This document shows positions 54,509 to 64,000 of a stretch of DNA of 64,000 bases, in pieces (the first letter of the stretch is position 1; the number at the start of each line of letters is the position of its first letter). The notes under the pieces are model-generated. The model searched no databases, had not been told where the DNA came from, and saw nothing but the letters and a program-made list of their open reading frames with translations. The stretch comes from Iphione sp. A-MEVVRFRX5 (taxonomy: Eukaryota), in NCBI GenBank assembly GCA_976226885.1, contig OZ320314.1:35774001-35838000 (forward strand). Direction: 5' to 3'. Position numbers and translations under genes: made by a program.

Positions 54509-54742
54509 CAACAAACGCAGGCGACAAAGCAGCTGGTACAGGAAGCAGAGGCTGCCTTGCATCATTGTAGAGTTGTGAGGCAGGGTAATTGCCTGAGAAG
54601 AAAAGTGGGAAGGTGCTGCAGCCTGGGGGGACCTTGCAGGTGTGTGGAGCGGTCCAGCAATCCGACAGGTCTGCTGCAGGCCACTACAGTATGCATGACT
54701 GTGACTAAGGGATGGATACGCAAGCGACTGCGTGTTTACTAA
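54509..54742 (+). mobile_element. Possible decayed fragment of an RLE-type (Hero-like) non-LTR retrotransposon
   Basis: KQLVQEAEAALHHCRVVRQG resembles, from memory, the AVxEAEAxLRHxDIVGxVQxGR segment downstream of the RT in Hero-type elements. Confidence 0.3.
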
Positions 54743-55430
54743 GAAAGGTCCATGAAAATTACATAAGAGAACGAAGGTGGGCTCTGGTGTGTTGCATGAT
54801 GTATATGTGTGTATGTGCACATGTATGCGTGTATGTATGTGTGGTGTCTCCATCGACTCCTGGTTTTAATCATGCAACGTGGTACAGCAGGACCATGGTA
54901 GTAAGCAGCCTAGGTACAATGGGACAAGCAGGCATTGACCCTGGCCCAGTAGCATGTTACATGGCATTTATGACGTTCATGTCGTGTCCCACTCAGTCGT
55001 TTGATTTTTGACCTTTCAGTACATGCAAGTGCCATTAAAGACTTTACAACCTTTTACTGAGTCAATACCAAAGCTGATAGGTATGCTCATCTCCGATCTC
55101 TCAATATAATCTCGAAGATCATTCAACGGTTCTGAGTATTTTTTTTACAAAATTTATGTTGAGGTACACCTAGAGTATTTGTTATGTAATACTTATTTAT
55201 AGGGATTCAATTTTGGGCAAGGAATGAAGAGCATATTATTACAAAACCAACCTAAGAGATTAATACTCAGTTAATTGCCCAGAATGTAAACTTCTGGCCA
55301 AATGCCTTCATACAGTAATGACAAGGCATTGTTCGGGATTCAGAGTGTAGCAGGGCTTCTTAACGCTATATTTACTGCAAGAAGATTGGTTTAAATAAAA
55401 GTTCAGGTTTAGTAGGGCCACTACAATGGA

Positions 55431-55581
55431 CCCATCGCCAGTGGCGAAAGATACGGGTAGTGTGGACGTAAGTTTTACGAATTATTACGTCATTGTGGGA
55501 ATCGACCAAACAATTTGACTATGTCACAATTCCGTAAAAATTACGTCCGCACTACCCGTTTCCTTCGCCGCTGGCGATAGG
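55431..55581. mobile_element. 151-bp foldback element with ~50-bp inverted arms
   Basis: cccatcgccagtggcgaaagatacgggtagtgtggacgtaagttttacg vs (rc) cctatcgccagcggcgaaggaaacgggtagtgcggacgtaatttttacg, 43/49 identical. Confidence 0.8.
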
Positions 55582-55743
55582 ACCGACTTACATATACATG
55601 GTGTACATCCACATGTACCACCGAATCTCTCTTATACGGACAGCAAAGGGAGAACATGTAGCCAGAAGCTGTACAAAAAGAGGAATATCTGGAATAGTAG
55701 GAGCATTTATGAATGGATTCATAGACTGGGCGCTGTCACTCAC

Positions 55744-55870
55744 CTGCCCACAATGTGAGCTGTACTGATTAGAGAATGTCCAGAATGAAAGATTCAACTG
55801 TATCTCTTTCACAGAAATCCAGCTCAAGCTGAGCAACAGGTTTATATACTTGTAATTCCATAGCTTTCCT
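55744..55870 (-). other. Candidate spliced exon, 127 nt
   Basis: Strong donor CAG|gtgagt; moderate acceptor aacactcttcag. Confidence 0.2.
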
Positions 55871-58656
55871 CTGAAGAGTGTTCTGCCTCCCGAAACTTTT
55901 TTGCAGCCAAACTAGTGTCAACAGACCAATACCGAAAGTTACTCCAAAGCTAATTTGAACTAAAATATGATTGTATGTGGAGGTTTGATTAAATTCTCCT
56001 GTCAGTTAGACTTGAGATAACTGTCTCAGACTTTTAGTATTTTGCCGACCAGTTCTAATTGACATTAGGTTGTTGACAAAGAACCGTCTTTGTTAACAGT
56101 TAAGTATTTAGTAAATATGACATGGATACGAAGTCATATGATAATACACGCGACGCAGTCCCCTATATTACAGGTATATGTTATGTTTTATTAATTTCTA
56201 AATAACACACTGAACAACCTTCATACGGTCAGCGCCACAGTAAGGTGAGCTCAGGTACATGGTTAGTCAATATCAGAAGAGATTTTTCCCTCCGGAATCT
56301 ATTATATCTACCCTTTTATGGACAATATGGTCACAGCTCCAAGCTCACAGCTATGGTCTTCCAAACACCAATAGTGTGAAATGGTTTAGAAATCCTCTTC
56401 TAATTACAGTTACGGAGGCTTTGTCCCTCGAAAATAAATGGAGAGGCATTAAACTAGCATGTTACTACTCTGTTGTCCTAATGACCGTGCATTATACCTT
56501 AGTCCTGCTGCACTTGTGTCACACCGCTATTAAAGTGTGGAAGTACACTCAGACCATCATGTATCGTTTTGCACCACTGTTTTCAGGAGCTAACCCATGT
56601 TGGAGCAAAGTTTAGGGGGGTAAATACTTGGGTTGTGGTACAGTTTGGGATATTATATGTTAAACAGCATTTGTTTATACCACAGACAGACTCAATAATT
56701 ATATGCAAACCAGACTCTTTTCTACCCTGGTAGTCTGTAGAACGTATAGGATATTTGTTAAATATTTTCTACGTCGTTTTCTATGAATTGCAGTCAGTCA
56801 GTATTTTATGTGTAGTAAGAGCTTGTACAAACAGATAAACCTTTCCATATTCAATGCAATATATGTACCCGTTGAGTACTGCCTTTTCGTTACGATTTGA
56901 ACGCAGGTAAACCTACGTTTTTCCAGGAGATGGGAAAACAGAATTTCTACCTGACATCATCATACAAGACCTGGTGCAGTTCTCCCTCGACCGTCGCGGA
57001 GAAAACAACTTATCAGTGTGCATACGGCCTAACATACTCGCTGTGTTTGGGGATATTTATTGCAGAGACTTTAATAAAAAAAAAAGCTTTATATCCTCAT
57101 TATTCGTTGAATTTACAAAAACCAAGCGTTATTGATACATCCTCTGTACCTACGTTCCTTCTCGTTATACGCCACAGAAGGATATTACAAAAGTCAGACT
57201 TCTCTTAATCGTCATGAAATCATAGTGCTTTTAACAGGAATGGCGTACAGTCTCAGATATTGTTGCATAACCGAAATAGGGTCTCCCCCCAAGTTAGTAA
57301 TTAAGTCGTTGAAGATGAACATAAGTGAGTTTATTTGAAGTGAATGGTCATAATATACATAGTTTCACTTATTTTTCTCGACCTTCCATCTGTAGTTTGG
57401 TACTGCTTTCGAAAGGTTAACGCTAAGCTTAGCATACTTTCCTCAGTAGAAATTGCAAGAATCATGCTCGAAACATACTGATATCCGCTTATAAAAGCTG
57501 CTGACGCATACAGAATACCTATTTTCCTTGCTGCCCTAGCGTGCTTAATATTAGACCCATGCTTTCAAACTCTATATAGCGACAGCTAGTATATCTATAG
57601 CTCCGCGTTTATTCTTTTATTTTGATACGCCTTGACGTGGCATGTTCGGCCTATACGTAGCATGACCCTGTGTGCTAGTCTATCTATAAACACTTTGCCC
57701 CAGTACCAGTAACCTTAATGTGTTGTGCACAGAAAAGAATAATAAACCAGAGTCGGGGCAACTCGCTCTAATCTGCCAAATCAGAGAGCAGCTCGAGGGT
57801 GGCGACCAGCTGCTCTGACAGTCCATTATTATTTCACTGAATGTATTGAGCGCCCCGACCCTGCCGATCAAACACGCAGGTAAAGCTTTATATGTGCTAA
57901 TGTGCGCCCAATCTATATATACATACGTCGCTCAGGAGACTCATGCAATGTTCATTGATTCTGCGTACTCCACTGCCGCCAGGCTACCTGCCTCAACCTG
58001 CCTCTCACTTATCATATTGGTAATTCCATGGCGAATTTTAAATCAATTCTGTTAAACCTGGGGTCCGCCTGGTCGTTTCAGTTAGTCAGCCGTAACCTCC
58101 ATGGCTGGCATGTTGAAGGGCCTTTTCAGGATATGAATAAGAGGCCGCTTTAACACTAAGGGTGATTACATTATCGGTAAGATGCGGTGTAATTTAATCG
58201 ACACAAACCAACATGGGCACAGCGTGTACAGGCCCCGGCCTAGATTCATTGTGGTTCCGTTGCCAGGGAACGTAGTTTCCCAGATTTTATTTCAATATGC
58301 ATAATTCTGAATTAATATTTATATACAATCATGCTTGGTGCTGATCTTACAACCCAACCGGATGTCGATCTCAATGAAGCATGATACCTGTATATATAAA
58401 CAACCCTATATCATCATGTGAACGTGCGTGTACATGAATTAAGAAATAATCGATCGAGAATGTCAGCCATTTCTCTTACCTTTGTATTACAGAGCGCTGC
58501 AGGTATCGGGATATTAGATATTTGCTTGTCATATTCAAAGGCTTGTGAAGAGTATGAAAGGTCCATGTAATCGCTTTGACGCCAATGCCCCTTTGGCGAC
58601 GGTTGCCTGCTGATACCCTCGCATTCAGCTGCTACCTGACCATAGGAAGTAATAAA

Positions 58657-58710
58657 TATATAAAAGCAGCACGCATCAACTGTTGGGCGTAGACTTCCTT
58701 GTCGTGTCAG
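58657..58710 (+). promoter_or_regulatory. TATA box with candidate short first exon
   Basis: TATATAAAAG 58657-58666, ETS-like aggaagt just upstream, donor CAG|gtacgc after 58710. Confidence 0.3.
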
Positions 58711-60820
58711 GTACGCTGAGAGAAACCATAATTATTTAGTATGAATGATGTGTGGACCTTGTGAAGTCTGTGCTGAGATTCACTCGATCCAACAACATTG
58801 TTCTGCAGACGAAGCCACTCCGCTGCATGCTAACGAATACTTTCCTCGTCATGTCATTTCCCTTGCTATTTCGTCTGGATAATGGAAATTCAGATATACA
58901 CAATAGGTATAAATGTACAGAGAAGCGATAGTTGGTCCCTATAAAAGTCATCCAGATGAGAAATTCTGTTCAAAGTCTCTTGATACTTAGATTGGACGGC
59001 TTCTTTATGACGAAAGTATAAATTAAATGTTACCTAACTATAGAGAACAATTGTTTCTCTTAATTTTATACTAAGTTACCGCGATATGCATCTTCTTCAC
59101 TCAAAATAAAATTACAAATAATACTACTCTACCTAAAGATACCACCCATGCCCTTCATTCACCTATCCAGTACTGCCAGCAGTGCAGAGCTACACTTGAT
59201 ATGCTCCACTTCCTGTTGCACCGAAAGACTGTGTGTAACTATGACTTTTTGATTGAAAACTCTACATAGAAGAAGATTTTCTTTTATATGACAGAATTGT
59301 GACAAGGAAATAGGTCAGACTACCTTTAGATCAATTGCTTATATTAAAACAACCCTTAGTTTGTTTATAGGAAGCTTAGAGGTTCGCAAAGAAATCTCCT
59401 ATTATTACCTATTCTTCACCTCCACAGGTTTCTTGAAAATTCACGACATTAGAGAGGATTTAAAATACTACTTAAACATTTCTCTTTGATTAATTAATTG
59501 ATATTTAAATCAGCTTTGACAACCCTTTGTTTGATCCAGAAACAGAAATGTTGCATACCATGCAGTGCTGCATGCTGGGACAGTACTAATCTGATGAATT
59601 TTCGTCTATTATAATAGGACCATGTAGCTCGATGCCAATGTCAGCAGGACAAATGGACCAGGCATACTCCCGAGAGGTCTCATAATGTAAGAAGACGTAC
59701 ATGGACAAAAATTACTGATATTATGATTAACCTTTTTCAAATATATGTCATTTATTTCTGGATGAATAAGATGTTTGATTAGACAAGAGTAAGGTAGATA
59801 TGACTGAGGAAAGAGAACCTGATATCCCTAATTGTGCATCACATTTTTTTTGGTTGTACCTTGGACAAAGGGCTGTGTGCCCTTTCGAAGAACCGCGGCC
59901 TACCCATTCAGCAAGCCTTGCTGTTGACAGAACCTGTTCCGCCGCGGGCCAAGAGTGGCCGTACTATCTGTGGGATGAGGCAGGAAAAAGTTCACATCAA
60001 AGGTAAACTAGGGAATCAGACGTATTCGCCATGGGTCAGTATCGCGTGGTTAGCTTTGATTCCTCTCCGATATAATTACAAGTGATTGTCATGAATCACT
60101 TGTGTTAGGACACTGGCGCCTGTATCCCAAGGCATATCACGACTGTGTCTAACTCGGAGGGTATTAAGATGGAAATGAATACATTTAATAGACTGCAACA
60201 TGTACAGAGGTTACTCCAAAACCGAACACTCCAAAACCGAATTTTCCCAAATCCGAACGAAAAATCTGTACATATCAAGTAACATCATTCCAAGCGGGAT
60301 ATATTGTGCCTTGTCGTGATATTTTTTTCATATAAAAGAGTTTCCACGTGGATTGAAAAAAAATCATGTGGCCTTAAAGGCGAAAGTGTTTACCATATGT
60401 AAACATGAATGAACATATACATCATAGTATTGTAAGATAAAGTAGAGGTGTGCACATTAAAGTCTTTACATTACACAATTTACACTTCTCTTCTTTAGTT
60501 TTTGATTTTGAAGGAGATCCTCCGTGATAGTATAGATAGTCCAGGAGAAAAAAAAAACACCTTAGTCGTGAAGAACCTCGGTGCTTAATGAAGTTAAAGG
60601 ATCAGTGACACTCGACAGACGGTCAAATCAGCAACTTATATGGAGCTGGTGCGTTGTTCATATCACATGTCGGTAGCGCGATATCTTACAGTAAATCTAA
60701 TTAGAAAAATTATGGAGGAATGATTGAGAAGCTTGCAGTGTTTCTGTTGATCATATTTGAGAAGGGCCCTCTGGTGCCTCTTCATGGAACCTTTTTTTTC
60801 GGGCTAATGAGCACGGAGGC

Positions 60821-60854
60821 CTGAAGAAGCGCCTGATATTCCGAGCGAAATATC
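60821..60854 (+). ncRNA. Penelope-type minimal hammerhead ribozyme-like motif, probably degenerate
   Basis: CTGAAGA-A-GCGC[ctgatattcc]GAGC-GAAA-TAT-C: core present, stem II 3/4 paired, palindromic ATAT stem III, AUC triplet; no stem I partner found. Confidence 0.4.
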
Positions 60855-61529
60855 ACGAGGGACAAATGCAGAAAAAAAAGAGAGAGAGAGAAAGAATATG
60901 TTTGCGACAGAAATGGGTCATGTGATAAGACACAATATTGAAGCTTCTTCATTGATATGTATATTATGTGCCACCGGTATTACATATGAATCCCCGTTAT
61001 CATGTATGCAGGTATTCTTGAACGAAGAGATGAATGCCCAGTCCTGGTTTAAAGGAATTGTTCGTGCTGGTGCTGCTATTGTATTGCAAGTCATTCCTTT
61101 TCACAAACGTCGGTACCAACAGCATCCGGGTTTTGGTTTGACTGTGCATGCAATTCCGCAGAGCGAAATACAAAGTATCTCCCGTTCTGGAATATTCTAA
61201 CCATCTTCCGTCTTTAACGGGTGCGGATACTGCTATATGTCAACCTTTAAGGTCAGTTCTATTTGAAAACGCAGACGATATTCAAATTGTCATCACAATG
61301 CGAGATCTTCCAAAGCTATAGAAAGCTGAGTGAACAAAGAGAAAATTGGAACAGACCCAAGAGTTGCAATACATGCAGCACCGGGGGAGACAACTGCACG
61401 AGTTGATCTAGACCACGGCCATAGCTGTGCATCCGATTTGCCACCATACTGGGCTGGGTGTTTCCTTGCCACAGCCAGACTACTTCACTTTCGATTGATT
61501 GTCGAATCGACATCTCCATGCCTCGCATT

Positions 61530-61546
61530 TATATATATATATATAT
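61530..61546. repeat. (TA)n microsatellite
   Basis: Direct reading. Confidence 0.9.
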
Positions 61547-62399
61547 TCGCTGGTGCTGTGATACCCAGTCATGATGAACTCTCCGAGGAGATCTGCACCC
61601 GAAGGAAATGATCCTCCAGACGGGGAAATTGCTCCGTGCTGACGGCTGCCTCCTCGGGGGATTTTCAATGGCAAAACGTTAAACAACCTCCTGCCGCCAT
61701 CTAAGTAGAAGGGACATCCCCGACGCCAGGGTGGCGTGGAGAGTTCGTCGCGGTGATAACATTATCTGACATTTAGCATCGACTGGTTACCTTAAATATC
61801 TGACCCCGACAGGCCATGTGCCCAGTCCTTTGTGCAACGTTATGACCACTGCCAGCAGGAACCAGCGTGGTATGGATTGTTTTACCATCTTGCCCTCTGT
61901 TTGTAATTGCCTTTCAACCAATGTCAGTGTATTTAGAATGGGAAACGCTGTTCACGCTGGTTTATTGGCTTCCGCCTCTCATGGGCTTGGTTTGAATTGA
62001 TCCTCATTAAAAAGGTCCGATAGATGTAAAAGGCTACATATAGAAAGGTCAACCATATAACAAAATGTTTGTCACGTTACCAAGTAATGAAGCGAGTATA
62101 ATTTGAGGATAATTTATGCAACGCTCTTTGGGGACGGGGCGAATCGATAGTCTATCGATTCTTGGTGGCCGTGTTTAAAGCGGCGAGTCAATACCTTGGC
62201 AGGAACCGGGTGCTGAATTTGATAATTATCGCTCGGTCAGCCCGACGGGGTCTGTGGGCGTCAAGAGAGCTGCTAACAGAAGTTCAGGAGCAATGCCCAT
62301 GTGAAAGGTCTGAGGCAACGGGGCAAGGAGACCATGCCCGAGACAATACTGGGAAATCGAATGATAATTTGGCGGCAACGAGTCGTGCGTTTCCCAGGC

Positions 62400-63150
62400 T
62401 AATCCTATCAGGTCAAGCACTGTTACCTCTCTGTGATCCACTCCTCGCGACCCGCATGAGAGAGAAGGGGGGGGGCGAGGCATTGAAGTTTACTACGTCG
62501 CAGGGCCACGTTTCATGAGGTCGCAACCGTCGCATCGCGCAACTGGGACGTAGAGCAGCCATGCGTCATCGTGACAAGCACTCGGCGAGGTTGTGCCCCG
62601 TCAGGATCATCCTCCATGGACTGAGGAAGGGGCTGCAGGAGTCGCATCGCTGCTCTCCCCCTTGCCACGTCTGGCGGCGAACGCTGCGCTCGGTGAGCTG
62701 CAATTAAAGCAGCACATGGCGTTGGTCTAAAACATTATCGACCGGCCGGCTTTTGTCGCACGATTCTGCGCGCAAACACTTATTAATAATCCAATAGTCA
62801 TCAGCTGCGCCGTCGTAAACACAAGAGGACAGTGGCCACGAGGGGGCGGGGCAGCGCGGGGGTCAGCGACGCCTAGCGGGAAAGCTGGGGATTAATCCGG
62901 CGGGCGACCGTAAGGGGCCGCTGTCGGGGAGTCGGTTTGGGGCGGAGCGGCGAAGCAGAACGACGCTGTCACTCATCTGTAGAGCTAGTGTCAACATCTC
63001 ACACGGTGACATCATTCACACGCCCCTGAGACCCAGGTAGCGGGATCGTCGGGGCCAAAGGGGAAAAACGACGACATAACCGCAAGAACGGAGCTCGCTA
63101 GCAGGGGCGGCAATGGTTGCCAGTACGAGTATAGTCGACCACCATGTGTA
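62400..63150. promoter_or_regulatory. CpG-island-like promoter region
   Basis: Among the most CpG-dense stretches by eye; GC boxes gggggcggggc (~62842) and ggggcggag (~62938); donor TCG|gtgagc after 62692. Confidence 0.45.
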
Positions 63151-63641
63151 AAAACAAAGCCGGGCGCCTCTGGATGCATGCATGGTTGGAGTTATCCCGT
63201 TAATATAATGGTATGGAAACTGTAACCAACATTTAAGATAGGTGAGCAACGCGTATGGTGGGGGTGACCTGCTGATTCATCAGTCGGAGAAGTGGGTATA
63301 CGCCAGGATACACAGCGCCTCACGTTTCGGTTCCCTGCACACAGGCATACACCACTTAAAAAGTAAACTATATTTGTCTCTTAAAGGAAAAACCGTTCTG
63401 TTTGAATTTCACGCCCTGTTAAATCCATATAACAGAGTATTCGATGAAACACCGATTGGAGGGGAATACACCTTTCATGGAAGGTGATATTCATAACAGA
63501 CAAAGGACGCTCAATTTTGCAATGTCGGCCTTTGATGTTCCTGTCCGCCTGAGAAAACCAATGATTGCCATTACCTTCCACGCCGCTTTCATACAGTGAA
63601 AAATTGAAAATACTACATAGCCTTCTTACTTTTGTATTCAG

Positions 63642-63722
63642 GTCGCCCTAAGTGGGATAGCACCCAAACATCAGTGGAAGATATTGTAACGATCTGGACT
63701 ACACCGGGATCCTTTTAACGAG
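63642..63722 (+). ncRNA. Non-coding spliced exon (81 nt; lncRNA or 5'UTR)
   Basis: Acceptor ccttcttacttttgtattcag and donor GAG|gtaaga are both near consensus; stops in all three frames; no ATG. Confidence 0.55.
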
Positions 63723-64000
63723 GTAAGAACTTTGCTATTTGTCCGTCTTTACTTTCGGAAACAAATGAAACGGCAGCCACACTGTTGTTCCCAATTTTTC
63801 CCCTTTGTGTGCAGTGCCTGGTTCCTTGTTGTGCCTTTTAAAAAAAAGGTCCGTACAAAATCGTGATGTATATGAGAAGATAGATCCGTGACAGCGGTCT
63901 GAGAGACGTCGACATGATCCTTGGCCATATACACGTACATGTACATGGGAAAGGCTAAGTGCGCTGCTTAAAAAGTGTTTCACTCGTGAGTAGAAATTAA

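Noticed and set aside
63024-63034. ccctgagaccc resembling the miR-125 5' end (similar partial matches to miR-124 at 20707 and miR-190 at 35317)
   Set aside because: Only 10-12 nt match; the remainder of the mature sequence and the hairpin are missing
1-64000. CRISPR arrays, tRNA/rRNA/snRNA genes, homeobox, operon-like systems
   Set aside because: No regularly spaced repeat-spacer units, cloverleaf or B-box context, or WFQNRR-type coding seen; the tandem repeats have no unique spacers

Overview
Eukaryotic, essentially non-coding genomic DNA with a 210-N assembly gap. It is most consistent with a marine invertebrate such as amphioxus (Branchiostoma). This is inference from the roughly 9-fold excess of TACATGTA, retained CpG, and CR1/L2-, Harbinger- and Penelope-type remnants. 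None of the ORFs in the track resembles a protein family I recognise, and I found no tRNA, rRNA, snRNA, known miRNA or CRISPR array. What the sequence supports: two ~308-bp PIF/Harbinger-type MITEs with related TIRs, a 151-bp foldback element, several decayed LINE fragments, micro/minisatellites, a Penelope-type hammerhead-like motif, and many GC/CpG-rich islands with promoter- or enhancer-like motifs. A few segments have strong splice signals, and the best (63642-63722) has stops in all frames. This suggests a regulatory gene-desert or large-intron region crossed by non-coding or 5'UTR exons. I did not find convincing evidence of a new biological system, and the findings below are leads rather than discoveries.
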